Shown here piece by piece: positions 1 through 14,564 of a stretch of 64,000 nt of DNA. Both the position numbers and the translations under genes were made by a program. The notes beneath the pieces were generated by a model, which was not told the origin of the DNA, did no database searches, and saw only the letters and a list, made by a program, of their open reading frames with translations. The number at the start of each line of letters is the position of its first letter. Position 1 is the first letter of the stretch. Where the stretch lies: assembly GCF_002113885.1 (NCBI RefSeq), contig NW_018406103.1, forward strand, positions 37,865-101,864. Reading direction: 5' to 3'. Source of the stretch: Mizuhopecten yessoensis (Eukaryota).

Positions 1-1033
1 AAAAAAGTACAGAATAATGATGACAAGCTCGTGAACACATCTTGTCATACCACTCGATACTCTTGAGGTATACACATCGCTTTCCGCTATTTATTGTCAA
101 TTTGAATCTCTTGCAATCATGATACGGCTGACAGAAATTCAGAGACAGTGCTATTTGTCTAACCGGCATAATCGCATATGTACTACCACTGAAACCGCTA
201 ATGTTAAGGAGGCAATCATATTCGCCAACTTCACGCCAAAACTGTAAGGAACCGATTGCACGAGCTCAGTCGCGTGGGTCGTATGGCTTGGTTTGCCCAA
301 ACAACGATTTCCAATGAGGCAATGGGGAAAATTCTTTTTCACCGTCCCGGTTCACTCTTTTTTGTCCGGACGGTCGACGTCGTCGTGGGGAACGCTTCGC
401 CGACGCTTGAGAGGAATAGGTTTGGAAGTGGCTCGGTTATAGTCTAGGGACGGATATCTCACGGAGTAAAGTCATCGTGGATTGTGGTAGCCGGGAATTT
501 AACCGCTGTAACAAAGAAGAATAAAATCTTCCGTCCGGTTGCAGTTCCTTTTGTGCAACAACATCACCAAATTTTCCACCATGATAATGCCCGGCCCCAT
601 GCACCCAAAGTTTGTCGTGACTTTCTCACAAACCATAACATTTACCCACTAGACTGGCCGCCCTATAGTTAACATTTTCCCTAATTGAACATTTGTTGGA
701 CGAACTTGATAAGAGGGTAAGGAAGCGTCGGAATGTCCCCGATACTCTCGACCAACTAAGGACTTTCTTGTTGAAAGAGCGGAACAATATCCCAATGAGA
801 AGGATAAATGCACTGATGAACTCCATGCACAAGAGATCAGGGCTGTGCCAGATGACAAATCAATCGGTCTCACTCTGTGATATTGGGGGGTACTGTCAAA
901 TGTGCTCCATTATTTTGTTCATTAAAGATTTTTCTTTATACTTATATGAAGAAAATATTGTACATAACATTCAAATACTTAACATTAAATCACTTCAAAT
1001 GTTTACTCTGTGTTTTCTGATCTTTTCAGTATA
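1..1033 (+). mobile_element. Tc1/mariner-family DNA transposon relic (degenerate DDE transposase)
   Basis: Broken frames give Tc1 motifs: ERNRFGSGSVIV*G, HHDNARPHAPKVCRDFL..LDWPPYS, IEHLLDELDKRVRKR. There are stops and frameshifts. Likely right end at ...ttttcagtata (~1033); left end not seen. Confidence 0.85.
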
Positions 1034-1447
1034 TATATTTAAATGAAATACAACATAAAAAAACTGTTGCTTGAAAAATACCATATATTCACTAATAATA
1101 TATGATATGGAAAGTTAAAATAGCATAATTTTATGCAAATAAATGGCAAAACTATGTGATAAAGTTGAGAAATGAAAGAGTAAACACTTAAGAGTTAAGA
1201 TAAAACCGACATTGTTAAGTGTGCATCATTTAAAAAATGTGATCAAATGTGAATACAGGCTATTTGGAATAAATAGTTCCACAAACCTTTAGTCATGATA
1301 ATTGGTTAGGGATATCTCGGATTCCTCACAATTATACATCCTATGCACTACCAACTGGGTCAACAAGATTAATATAAGTTGATATAACATGTTATTTAAT
1401 AATTGAAGTAAATTAAATAAAGTCTTATTTAAGCAAAACGAACATAC

Positions 1448-4283
1448 CTTTGGCTTCAGTTACATTGCTCACAAACAGACTCGCAAGTAGCTTTGCTCTT
1501 GTTGTAAATATCTCCTTCTGAAGTGTAAGCCCGATATTTTCATAGCCTGGCTCTGCTTCTAGTACTTCGCCGCTTAGGCACGAAGCTAATTTCACAACCA
1601 CTTCTTTCACCGTTTGAAGGTTGTACTTTTCGATCCAGAGTAGGTATGTGACAATTCGAGATGGGGGTATGTATATATCTACCTCGGAGACAGACTCCAT
1701 GCGTTGTCGGATGACTTCTACAAATTCTGTGATCATTTTTTCTGACCGATATTCATCTGCTAAGGGAAGCACTGTATCGAGTGTTTTATCTGTGAATACG
1801 AAAGAATGCATTTGCATATTTCATGTGTGTAACATGTAGAGAGAAATAACATTCTAAACGGTAACGACAAAATCCATTTTATGATTTCCTTTCCCCCCAG
1901 TTATGGGTGTTCGTTTAATAAGGAGCCCCGTACCACTGCCAAACACTGTAAATAAGTTTTTGAAAATGTTTTTTTTCGAGCATGACTAGAGATTTGAAAA
2001 ATCATTTCCGAAAAAAAAGTATACCTCGTGGAACTTTAATGAGTAATAAGAGATGAATAAACAAAATATCAATAATTCAACAACAGTTGAATGAGTGTAA
2101 AACGATAAGAGGAGTTTGACTGGGATTCGAACCCTGGACTTCAGATTCCTATACAATCGCTTGAACTAAAAATGTCCATGGTCAATTAAACTGTGCTTCA
2201 GTTATGTCTTAACGAAAGTTAAGGGGAGGTAACTGTATATAAGGGAAAATACTGCAGTGAGACAGGGATCCTTAAGTACAGACATCTTCGCCTGGCAAGT
2301 ATATATGAAAAATATGATATATTCTTTCCTTCACTACTATTCTGACAAAGTGTAACACTCGGAAACCCGAATGCAGGAGATTAGTTTCGATTCGGTTTGA
2401 ATCTGACAAATATCAAATATACGCATGATTACGTAAACAGCGTGATTAAGTATCCTTTAATATCAGTGCATGTAATAGTTTTCTCTCGTGTAGATGATTT
2501 TTAGTAGCAAAATGAGACCAAACTGTTGATCCAGCTAGCTGCAGATCCGCTGGGTCTTCTGAAAGAACTTGACCTGAATTTAATCTATTTCTGTTAACCA
2601 ATCAGATATATGTATGCTTCATAATTACCTGTAACATTGTCAGCAAAATTGGGAAGAAGACATTTTAGGAATGTGACCATATCATCATATGTTTTCCCAG
2701 GGAATTTCAGCTCCCTTTTCGTGTCGTCAGTGCATTCGTCTTTTTGACACTCTTTCTTAAGCCAAGCCTCAAAAATAGGTGAAGCAGATTCCAGTAAAGT
2801 TTTGTTTACATGAAGATGTTCATCCTCAATTACAAGAACCACATTGTTTGGCAGGATGCCTGGATCAATCTAAGCAAGAAAGGGTTTACAAGAAATATTA
2901 CTTGACACATCAAAAGAGCCGTCTTGCATTGAATAATATTGAAAGCTTTGAGCAATTATTCTGGCAACCCATTGCATATATGCCTTCTTCCGATTGTTTA
3001 TATTGAAGGGCTATTTTTCAGGGTTATTGACTATAAAATGAGAATATACGTATACTTCAGCAGTTGCGCCTCTTTAACCAAAGCCACTAGGTTATAGAGC
3101 AATGATTTGCAGAATCTTACAAAGAACAAGTAACAAGTTATATGATTGCTGTGTTATGGAATGTTTTAACATCGATATGATCTGAAAAGATCTTATATTG
3201 ATTTGGTTTTGTATATGTTTATTACATTATGACACAAAACAATCAATACTCAATACAGTATATGTATTAATTGTATAACGTCATAATGTTGTAACCGAAA
3301 CATTTAAATCAATTGCCTGAAGATGGCAGTTTGACTTCAAAACGTTATTTACCGTGTTGATGTTCAATTTGTATGTCTACAGATATATAAATAAATATAT
3401 CTTTCAAACCAGTGAAATGTCACCATTTTCCCAATATGATATCGATTGATTAAATGATATGTTTAAGCGTCCTGTTACTTTGGGTTCACGTTTTATTCCT
3501 CACCTTCCTGTGCTGCTTTGGAGAAAGTGGTACATCATCTTTATCGTTATTCGACTCCTCGTCTGATTTCTCGTCATGATCACATGGGGCATTGAGGTTT
3601 GGAATTATAACATCGTCTTCCTGAAGTCTGTAGTGATTATAAAAGTTATCAGTTTTCCTGTTTTTCCCACTTAGACACAAGCCAAGTCTGACAGTATTTC
3701 TATGATTGCAACCTGAATTGAGACAATTCCTTGCGGCAATGTAAATCCACATATACATTCACTTTCGATTTGTCACTTACATTCCTAGTATGATGGTAGC
3801 CGATATGATAACACAACACATCATAAAAAATAAAGTTATATTCAAAACTGAAACCTTATTTCGCACGGAGAATGTATTTATCTTTCTTTGTGTCACAACA
3901 AATATTTAATAACCGGCTGCTAAATCGAAATATATTTTAGCTTAACAGATCCCATTCGGTTTTTATATACACCAAAATGATTAGATAGTTACTTAGTATT
4001 TTATTTTTTTTAGGCATTTTTGCTATTAGATCGACGAACGATGCTTAGTACCCTGGACGATTTTGCATTAAACTTTTAAGTTCAATTTGTCAAACCTTTG
4101 GCACAACAATGCTTTATTTCAATCAAAACTTAGACCATAGCACTGTTTGGATACCAAAAAGCATCCATTTTTTCAACGGAAGACTATCGGATGCTCACGT
4201 TTTCAATGAATGATTTAATGAAATTGGTGCTTAGATTCTGCTATGTCTGTGACAGAATCCATTTAAGCGCTACTCCAATACCG

Positions 4284-4324
<41 letters not shown>

Positions 4325-7300
4325 ATAACACCGCTAATATGTCGTACAAATACTCATGTACTTGTACATATATAGTTGAATATTAAACATAGTCGCCGAT
4401 GTAACGACACACGATAATAATAAATTGATCATGACTGATCCCGGACGAGTTTGCTAGTGCGGTTCTCATAGTTTCCATCTCAATCAGAGTCAACTGATCA
4501 TTGACTCCAACTGTTAGAAAATATGATGCCCGAGACGAGAATGTGTTTGTATCTTTTCTGAAAGTCATTCAAATATTATTTAGTGTTAAGTAAGATAAAT
4601 AACAAAAGCAACTAAGCACGTATTAACAGAAGTGATTAAGTCTAGTGTTGTATTTTTACTCAAGCGTATCATAAACAGTTTATTTCATATTTGGCAATGT
4701 GTAAATTAAAGAAATTGAAGTCCTCGTTCATAAACCACGTACTTTCACTTTCGTTTTGATTTCCGGGATACCATTAATCGGGCTATGTGTATTGGTTGTT
4801 TGCCAATCTCTTATTCGGTGAGATTAACGAAAAATACCCGATACCACAAAGTATGCAGGTGGAACACGAATGCTACTTATGCTAAGGAAACATTAAACTA
4901 CCGGTAACAGATCAGACGGCGACATACAGACCTACTATACGAATACATTTGTATATCAACCCCACTTTAAACCATTTGCCAATGTACGTCTATACCGAGA
5001 AAGATTGTCGACGGGTAAGAATTGACAGGCAGTAGATACAATACTGGGACAATACTTGTTATCTTCTTTATCAACTCCGGCCCACACAGGATAACAAAGA
5101 CTGCACATATATGTGCATTCCATGCAGAACCGGGTTTTTACTTTTGCTTTGGGGTCAGGGGAGAAGATACAAATTTGCTGTCCACATTGCCACATTTGTG
5201 ATTAAGATTTGTTTGTTTCCACTCCCTTATTCCTTCGTTTGTATGGTATCTCCCAATGTACTAGAATGGCTTTAACTTCTGTAAGAACGTTAATTTCTGT
5301 AATCCCAAACAAACAAACAAACAAACAAACAGATGTGTACATTATGTACACGTTTTCCAATTCTGTTGATCAAGTGTATATTGAAGAAGTATATTGAAGT
5401 CCACGTACATAAAACATGAACTTTCACTTTTGTGTTGATTTCCAGGATGCCCTAAATCGTGCTAAGTGTATTGGATGTTTGCAAATCTTTAATTCGTTAA
5501 GGAATAAAGAATGCAACAATAAGTGTAACAGGGAATTACATGGACTATAACTAGAGGGAGGGTTATGTAAATACTACATCCAAACACATGCATGATGTTT
5601 GTTTAAGTGCTCACCAACTGAACCTCTATCAAGTTACGAAATACTTACGGCATTGTATCGCCGTATCCGTTGCCAACAAGAAACATGTGATCCTGTTATG
5701 TACATGCACAGTATAAGGAATGGGAATGTTTGTACATGACTAATACAAATAACACTATATCATTCCAATGACCAGAATAGCCCCAGTATTTAGTCAAAAT
5801 AAAAAGACATTTAACAGATTACAGATATAATGAAATGTTCATCCCGTAAAATATTTAGCGAAACAGAATTGTACACTTTATAAATTAGTATCAGTGATAG
5901 ATATAAATACATAATATTGTCATAAATAATATAATATTATATTGTCTTATACTGTGTAAAACGAAACAGAAAATATATTGATTGTTACTTCCAACACGAA
6001 CACCGAGATTTAGTGTATAGTTTGCAGCTACATAGACAATTGATGGGTGACCACTAAATCATCGTTGTACAAATTCGATATCAATTATGAGATAAGGAGT
6101 TGATCGCGTTTACATAGTGTATGGATTAACTGAATATACAGTTTTATTTGTGTAACAAGAGCATTTATCACTGTAGTGATATGTTTACGTAGTGAAATGC
6201 CTGTAGTTTTTGTTTCTACTATTTTCATTTATGTATTTAGCTATTTAATTATTTTATCTTTTGTCCTGTTCACATAGAATAAGATTATATGGCGAATGTT
6301 ATCTGACCAGCATTCAGGTGATCAAATGGCGCAATTGATAGCGCATTCGTTTTTCATCAAAGACGGCCGGGGATCGATTACCTGTCAGACGTAAAATGTA
6401 CGGGGCGACCTGCTCGACCATGTGGGTTTCCGGACCAACAATAATGATTTCAGATTTTTAGCGCGCTTCCATCTGGGCCAACAAGAATAAGTTATATTAT
6501 CATAATTATTATAATCCGCGGTTCTTATATACCGCTTTATGCCAACCTAGGTCGTAGATCGTCTCACAAATTATTTTCCGTGGTTATTAGGCCTTTGCAA
6601 CCAGCCAATATCTTTCGCAACTCCTTGGAGAGCATACAGCCGGCGCTGCCACTTAGGCGCTAACAGCTAGCATTTAACAATTCCATCACTGCACAACAAT
6701 GTACTCATTTACAGCTGATTAGACTGGAACAGGAGAAGTAAAGTATGTTGCTCAAAAATACAACAAAGTGTCCTGACGCGACTCGAACTCGCAACCCTTC
6801 AGTCACGAGCCTGGCGTCCTACCACCAGACTACAGTGCCTTTTAATATAAGTTCGGGCTAGTACAGGTATGATATATCGAACGTGAGTGTTTATTTGTTT
6901 GCAAGTCCTTCATCGAGTTAATATTTCTTCGGCTTTGTGTTGATGAAAAAGAAAAAATATGCTATCCCCATTTAAACATTTGTAATCAAGATTTGTCTTT
7001 TTTCACTTCATCATTCTTTCGTTTCGGTGGTATCTCCCAATGCACTAGCCTTCGTATATTGAAGAAGTTGATAAGTCCTCGTACATTACATTACATTACA
7101 TTTACTTACACGTTTATTTTGAGATCGGGGATGCCCTAAATCGGGCTATGCGTATTTGTTGTTTGCAAATCCTTTAGTCGATGATTTTAAAGTGTGACAC
7201 CCGACACCGCAAGGTATGCATTAGAGAACCAATTTAACGCTACGATTAACATGTAAACGAGCTATTTAAACAAAGCATTAATATACCGATAACAGATCAG

Positions 7301-7792
7301 ACGGCGACATACGGACCCACTGTACGAACACATTTGTATGTAAACTCTAATTTAAGCACTTTGTCAATGTACGTCTATACCGAGAAAAATTGTCGACGGG
7401 TTAGACTTTACAGGCAGAAGATCATCTTTATCAACTCCGGCCCACACAGGGCAGCAAAGAATGCACATATCTATGCCTCCCGTGCAGAACCGTGTTTTTA
7501 CTTCTGCTTTGGGGTCAGTAAAGAAGGAAAAACTGCTGTCCCTGTTGCAACAATAGAAACCAAGAATTGTTTTTGTGTTCACTTCCTTGCTTTGCACTAG
7601 CCTTTGTGTGACTTTAGCTGTTGGGATAACGTTAAAATATGTAACCCACAATAAACAAACAAACAAAAATGAATATGAACTACATTGGTTAACTAGATAG
7701 ACGGTTATACAAACACTTCATACAGACACATATGTTAAGTTTGTTAAATAGCTCATCAACACATATGTCCTGTTACGAAATACTTACGCCAT
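1448..7792 (-). CDS. BTB/POZ-domain gene, paralog 1 (3' exon lies outside the window). Exons: 7788-7792 or 5649-5653 (alternative 5-nt first exons), 3504-3627, 2629-2869, 1448-1789
   Basis: GT-AG boundaries and phases 2/0/1/1 match the other paralogs. The BTB exon reads IDPGILPNNVVLVIEDEHLHVNKTLLESASPIFEAWL...LKFPGKTYDDMVTFLKCLLP. Exon 4 reads DKTLDTVLPLADEY... No stops in the visible exons. Exon 2 has no ATG, so the upstream micro-exon is needed. Confidence 0.85.
4285..4323. repeat. (CAT)n microsatellite
   Basis: Directly visible. Confidence 0.95.
4741..4769 (-). promoter_or_regulatory. IRF-E/ISRE (AAAACGAAAGTGAAAGT on minus strand) next to a GAS-like TTCCGGGAT, intron 1 of paralog 1
   Basis: The sequence actttcactttcgttttgatttccgggat matches the IRF consensus GAAA(G/C)(T/C)GAAA(G/C)(T/C). 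A related copy is at 5420-5448. Function is inferred. Confidence 0.55.
5643..5720 (-). promoter_or_regulatory. Proximal promoter/first micro-exon module of paralog 1 (ATGCC|gtaagt)
   Basis: Conserved block acttacggcat...aacatgtgatc...acatgcacagtataagg, shared with five other copies. Confidence 0.6.
6317..6500 (+). mobile_element. tRNA-derived SINE, degenerate
   Basis: A-box-like tggcgcaattgatagcgc, B-box-like gggatcgatt, internal catgtgggtttcc. The tail matches the fragment at ~1305-1390. Confidence 0.55.
6515..6840 (-). mobile_element. tRNA-derived SINE, CORE-like
   Basis: Minus strand reads tgtagtctggtggtag...gagttcgagtcgcg (A and B boxes), then a CORE-like ttgagcaac...cagctgtaaatgagtac, then an AT-rich tail. 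Confidence 0.7.
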
Positions 7793-7860
7793 TGTGGTGT
7801 CGTTTTGTTGTCAACAAGGAACATGTGACCTTGCTATACACATGCGTAGTATAAGGAATT
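7782..7860 (-). promoter_or_regulatory. Distal promoter/first micro-exon module of paralog 1 (ATGGC|gtaagt)
   Basis: ATGGC plus a canonical donor, with upstream E-box GTCACATG and an NRF1-like CGCATGTG. Confidence 0.6.
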
Positions 7861-10775
7861 GGCCTACACATATTGAGCATATCTTCGTATATGACTAAAA
7901 CAAATAACACTACATCCAGTCAATGACCAGAAGAACCACAGTGATTTGTTAACATATAATGACATTGTACCAGATGAAAGATATTATGAAAGGAATATAA
8001 AAGCTATTAAAGCCATGTTGGTCTCTGTGGAGTATTACATATAGATAGATATATCACGTAATATATCTATAGCGGCACAGACTATGTACACTTTAAAATT
8101 TAGTAGAAGTGATATATAGTATAACAAGTTATCACATTTTATGTAAAGCGAAACAGAAAACAATTTGCACCTTCATATACCAAATGATAGGGAATCGTGC
8201 AATTCTGATTTTTTCAAATTTAATTAACAATTATGAGATAAAGAGAAGTTCGCGTCTACGTGGTGTATAATTTAATTGAATATATAGAGGATATCTGACT
8301 TAATTTATTAAGTTGTTATCCACAGAAAATAAAAAAGAAATAACTAATTTGGTCAAACATGTAAGAATCGCTAGTAGAAAACAACAAAAATGAACTGAAT
8401 TAAGTCATTTGTATCTAGTGTTTGTCAGTCATAAATGAATATGTCCTTATCATCAAATATTATTCATTTATTAATAACATTATTTTAATCAGTGCAAGAT
8501 ATCTCTATACACTTCTAGGAGTAAGTGGGGAAGTGGTGTGTATGTGTGTTGTTGTTTAATTGTTTACTTTATGTTGCACTGTATATATGCACAACTGATG
8601 AGCTGTAAAGCTTAAGGAAATGAATGAAGTTTAACTTGAACTTGGACTTCAGTAATGCTTAATTTTTCTCACTCGTGTGGCTAATATTTTCATATATTTC
8701 ATGAGTGCGCAACACGAGTGAAAGAGATCAAAATATTAGCCACACGAGTGAAATATATTTGGTATTACTGAAGACTCTGTTCGAGTTTCTATTTCTTACA
8801 TTTTTTTTACGAAAAACGACCCCGGAACGCGAAGCGACATATCAAGCTGAAAATATTTGATCTCGATCTTTTTTACCACTTGCATGGTTAGAAAAACCGG
8901 TACCTATCAGATCAGATATCCTCTATATATTCAATTAACTTATACCCTACGTGTTTAGACAACATCTAAATTTCGACCAATCAGAGGCCTCCCTTTTAGT
9001 TAACATTGCACCTGATTTTTTTGAAACTGTTACCATCCCTGAAAACCCCTATGCACCAATTCTGGGCAGAATCAGACAACATTTAAATTTCGACCAATCA
9101 GAGGGTCAAATTTCGTTACCATGGCAACTGAGTTGTTCGAAACTGTTACCATTGTGTTTGGCATCGCTAAAAATCCTTATGTACTTATTTTGAACAGAAT
9201 CAGACAACTTCTTAACTTCGACCAATCAGAGGCCTCCATTTCGTTATCATGGTAAGTGAGCTTTTCGGAACTGTTACCATTGTGTTCGGCATCACTAAAA
9301 ACCCTTATGTACCGATTCCGGGGAAAATCAGACAACATCTATATTTGGACCAATCAGAATCCAGTATATGGTGGCCATTTTGTCAAATTAGAAAACAAAT
9401 GTCGCAGTTAAGTTTGCAATGCCATATTGCACATACATACTACATACAAACTAAATCGAACTACAACGGAGCTTCGACCAATCAGAAACCAGTATATGGC
9501 ATCCATTTTGTTTAATTAGAAAACGATGTCATAATTGTGTTTGCGGTACCATCATACACCTACATGCCAAATTTGGAATGCATTGGAAAATATATGTAAA
9601 ACATGTAAAATGGGATAGGTGACATTGGCTAACCTTAGCGAACACAAATTTTCAATTCCCAAAAATTTCAGAAATTCATAGCGGCCATCTTGGACTTCCG
9701 GTCGAGATAAAAATAGCTTGTTGCACACATAGAACCCCTAATGAGTATATGTGTGTAGTTTCATGATTATACACCCAGTAGTTTCTGAATTGGCCTACAC
9801 ATATTGCGCATATCTTTGTTTATGACTAAAACAAATAACACTACATCCAATCAATGACCAGAAGAACCATTTGTTAACATAGAATGACATTGTACCAGAG
9901 GAAAGATATTATGAAAGGAATATAAAACCCATTAAAGCCATGTTGGTTTCTGTGGAGTATAACATATAGATAGATATATCAAGTAATATATCTATAGCGA
10001 CACAGACTATGTACACTTTAAAATTTAGTAGAAGTGATATGTATTATAACATTATATGTAAAACGAAACAGAAAATACTTTAATTATCACTTTCCAAAAT
10101 GAAAACGGAGATTTAGTGTTAAATTTGCACCTTCATATACCAATTGATAGGGAATCGTGCAATTCTGATTTTCAAAAATTTAATTAACAATGATGAGATA
10201 AAGAGAAGTTCGCGTCTACGTAGGGTATAAGTTAATTGAATATATAGAGGATATCTGACTTAATTTATTAAGTTGTTATCCATAGAAAATATTTTTTTTT
10301 AAACTAATTTGGCCAAACATGTAAGAATCGCTAGTAGAAAACAACAAAAATGAACTGAATTAAGTCATTTGTGTCTAGTGTTTGTCAGTCATAAATGAAT
10401 ATGTCCTTATCATCAAATATTATTCATTTATTAATAACATTATTTTAATCAGTGCAAGATATCTCTATACACTTCTAGGAGTAGGTGCGGAAGTGGTGTG
10501 TATGTGTGTTGTTGTTTAATTGTTTACTTTATGTTGCACTGTATATATGCACAACTGATGAGCTGTAAAGCGTAAGGAAATATATGAACTTTAACTTGAA
10601 CTTGGACTTCAGTAATACTTAATTTTTCTCACTCGTGTGGCTAATATTTTCATATATTTCATGAGTGCACAACACGAGTGAAAGAGATCAAAATATTAGC
10701 CACACGAGTGAAATATATTTGGTATTACTGAAGACTCTGTTCGAGTTTCTATTTCTGACATTTTTTTTTTACGAA
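7856..10775. repeat. ~0.95-kb direct duplication (7856-8812 vs 9787-10775) flanking a repeat fragment
   Basis: Near-identical blocks, both beginning gaattggcctacacatattg and both containing the same palindromic element. Confidence 0.9.
8813..9786. mobile_element. Repeat-element fragment with ~128-bp internal tandem repeats (HINE-like)
   Basis: (c)gaccaatcaga recurs at about 8974, 9091, 9219, 9347 and 9475. Confidence 0.55.
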
Positions 10776-11059
10776 ATTAAATAAGATATTCCAAATGACT
10801 ATCATCATGCAATTATTTAAGTCCCGTCATATCAAATCAGATCATTACACATTGCTGATAAGAGCCGAATATAAAATGGCGGAGAGTTGGAAAATATAGA
10901 GTTGTTGTGCTATCACTTAGCCTCATCAATACCATCTATGTAAGTAATACTTAATCACTATCACTATCAGAGATGACCCCGTAATCACCTGTATGTGCGT
11001 TACTTTCAGAAAGGCTAAAATAATCAGGTCAAGGACAGTTGACAGATTACCAGCCTTAA

Positions 11060-11280
11060 ATTGATTGTTTGGGTTGAATGTACTATCAACAGCTAAGGTC
11101 ATTTAAGGATGTGCCTCAATGTGTGTTATGTGAGCGTGCATGTTGGTATGTGTGCTAAAGGGAAAGTATGTGGGTATACGTGCCACCTTGTGATAGCGCA
11201 GATCTGATTCCGACTATGTAGTGCTATCTCACTGAAATACCAAGCCGAAGGCACTCAGCACAGCATTCCGCTCGGCCTTG
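11060..11280 (-). mobile_element. SINE fragment (paralogous copy at ~61185-61410)
   Basis: ttgtttgggttgaatgt..caacagctaaggtcatttaagga and tagtgctatctcactgaaat resemble mollusc SINE 3' regions. Confidence 0.5.
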
Positions 11281-13244
11281 AGGGAATCAGGTAAATTGTT
11301 ACGGAATGTACCAGTATGATAAACTTTGGATCACTGTATTTTATAATCTGTATTATTTGTATTATAATATGTACAAGTTAATACTGTTCACGTACATATT
11401 TTAACAATGTGTTAGTATTATCTCTTTTGTCGCTTTAAGATTCCGCTTAATTATAATTACGCTGATTAATTATTTTGCATATTGTTTTCTATTGAGCATA
11501 TTGTGAGCTAATTTATTTATGCTAGATTTAATCCGCTCAATTCTAGAAAACGCTTAGATTTGAGTCCGCTAAAATCAGTACTTTTACAGTATAATATTTC
11601 AAACAGTAGGTACAATTCACTATTTCTCACGATAGTAAATTGCTATGCGCTGTACTACTTATCAATGTTGTAATTAATTCGCTAGACAGATACACGAAGT
11701 AAATTTGATGGGGTGGCTCTTGATATTGATGAGCAAGACAACAGATTAGAATTAGAACTTTATAACACTAAATTAGATAGGCCTGACTCATTAAAAAGGC
11801 CATTGCTACCGATATGAAAGTACAAAAGAGATTAGCACTGCTCTCGGAAAATAACACTGAGAAATTCGTTCAGAAAAAAAGACCCTAACCAAATAACATA
11901 AATGACATTCGTGTGAAACAAAAAAAGTGAAATGCGAGAAGCATCGAATTTCTATCGTTGCGTTGTGTTCCATTTTTTGAAAAAAAGGCTTCAGAAAAAT
12001 TAAGTACGCGAGTTGCAAAGGTTTCGAAACAAAACAAAGAGGCTTGAAACAAGATTATTGTTTTCTGTGATCATGATGTGTATGTATTGTTTATAACCGT
12101 GAGGAGGCTTTCATTGACTCAGCCAAGGTGCACCATTCCTTTTGTATAGAGCATTTATATACAATTCAACATCCTTAAAAAAACTTTTTACGGAAAATAC
12201 GAAACAAGGTACAATAGTTCATTTACTTATGCCGTCTTTATAAACACTCTCGGATTTTAACGTACTATAGTCTTCGTTTGTATTTTCTAAAACTAGCCAG
12301 AATAATAATTTGTGCTGGTACATATGTGCATGAAATGATATTATTTTGAAAATGTGATATTGACCGAGGCGAACCTCACATTTAAGGTTCATATCACATC
12401 TTATTATTTAGCTATATAATATATTACATTCGTATGTCTTTTCTGGCCGAGCAAACCAAACTCGGCCTATATTGATAAAATTACCACAACTCGGCCAAAA
12501 TTATTTTGGTCGACTTTTTCCCGATATTGGCCGACTTTCAATTCGACCAATATGAAAAATGCACCAAATCGAGCGTGCACTTCATTTGGAATTTATCGTG
12601 GTTTTTGGTTCTTTTTTACGTACCGTCCCGTGTCAACACAAACAACAACAATGGACGTGATGTAGGAGTCGCTGATCAAGAGGACAGATGATCAACATGC
12701 AAAAAGTGGGGAGGGTATGTTAGGGGTATTTATTGAAGACAGGTAGGATGTTCTATCCGAAATTGTTTCTACGGATAAAGAACTGACATTAACTCATGAG
12801 GAAATTGAAAATTCGAAGAATGTCAACATTGTTCCCCCAGCAGCAGACGACAGTGACGCTCGGGCTAACATCAGTAGATTTGTTGATGTCTGGGTTTGGA
12901 AAAGTATGAAATAAAATTGTTTTACTTTTTTATTCTTGAACTATTGTTTAAATTTATGTATTCCAAATATTCACTGTTAATTAATAAAAGGGTCATAAAT
13001 CAGCTGATATCATATTAGCCCAGTTATTAGGCCTTGGTCTGTGATATTGGCCCGAGGTCGAAGTCACATACCTCGTCCTAATAACTGGGTCAATATGATA
13101 TCAGCTGAATAATAACACTATATTATTCACTGGCAAAATTGTCAAGAATTTTATGAGATAACACCACAGTGGACATTATTGAATTCTTATAAAGTATATT
13201 GTTTTTGACCAAGGCCATGGTCATTTATTTATGTAACCTGAAAT

Positions 13245-13380
13245 AAGAGTAATCATAGCTATTCATATATGTTAAGTGAAATAGGTGTAATCATAGCTAT
13301 TCATATATGTTACGTCAAATAGGTGTAATCATAGCTATTCATATATGTTACGCAAAATAGGTGTAGCTATTTATAGGTGT
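13245..13380. repeat. ~39-bp tandem repeat, about 3 copies
   Basis: aataggtgtaatcatagctattcatatatgtta repeated. Confidence 0.85.
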
Positions 13381-14564
13381 TTGGTTCGGTTTGTTTGTGT
13401 TTTACGTCCTAATATTTACATTTGTGTTGCAGTGCCTCTAGTTAACAGTACCAACTGAAAATGTTTGCATGATTCAATAAAAGCAAGTGTGTAGTGATAG
13501 TAACAGTACTACATGTACCGTTACATGACCCCCCCCCTCCCAAACACACAGACAGACACAAACAAATCAAAACAAAACGAGATTGTTTATCAACGGTTAA
13601 GATACACGTAAATACATTTTAATAATCCTTTTTGTGATACTATCAACAAGAAATTACCATTTTTAAAGAAATTTAAGTCCGCGTACTCAAAGTCTAAAAT
13701 ACGTCGTGTGCTAGGCCTTACTCAAGCCACACACATTTATAAGAACCCCTGTGATCCAGCCAATATGTCTGACAGCGACGCCGCAGGCTTGTCCCTAAAA
13801 TATGGAATGACTGGTGTTTGAATCAAGGCACATCATCTTTATGTCGAGCCACCGAAGCGTATCCTATAACAGGTCCTTTTCAACGGAACAGAATCCGCAA
13901 GTGGCGAAGCAGGTGAAATCGTCCCGGCTAGTCGACAAGTCCCCTCATCGACAGTAACACATGCCGAAGGCTCAAACGATGAGCTAGTCTTGTTGACACA
14001 GTCAATCGACACAAGAAATCAGCCAACATCATCTTTTAGGTCGTCATCTGGTTTCTTAGGAAACTCCCCATTTCACAGATTCACAGATTCACTTTCTATC
14101 TTGTTGAAAGCGTAGCCGATGCACAACGGTTTTTTAATGGTCAGCTATCTCCGCCAACACGGAATAAATTTCTAACTTTTTGCAACTAAAATATTTGATA
14201 GGGTATTTTTGTTTTAAATTAAAATCTACTTTCAATTTTTAGGCTAATCAATGCTTGATAAACATGCTAGTTCTATACATTAAATCATTTAATTGCTCAA
14301 CTGTTCGTCAACGTTGACAACTCATCATCTTTCCCACGAAAAAGGCTGTTCAATTAATGTTGTTTTCATGACGGTGTTTTGCTTTTTAACGTGAAAAAAA
14401 GACATTTTTTTCTTAATTTCAAATAATAAAAGTTGATGTAATAGAACGTAAATATAAGGTTTGAAATGCATCACGCTAACGCGCAAAATGGATTATGTTT
14501 GAACGGAACTGTGTTGCATACCCTCATAAATGTTAAAAAGATGCATTTCAAACCTTAATTAAAA

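Noticed and set aside
2112-2170. tRNA-like sequence (minus-strand gggttcgaatcccag)
   Set aside because: Only a B-box/T-arm remnant; I could not fold a cloverleaf. Probably repeat-derived.
2694-2704. TTCCCAGGGAA STAT-like palindrome in every BTB exon
   Set aside because: Explained by the conserved FPGK codons.
4956-7666. Similar minus-strand Cys-rich ORFs (DPKAxVKTRFC..CxPVWAGVDK) as extra exons
   Set aside because: The frame is not preserved in the other module copies, and I found no consistent splice sites.
13730-14160. GC-richer island that might be coding
   Set aside because: No long ORF or motif that I can recognise in the frames examined.
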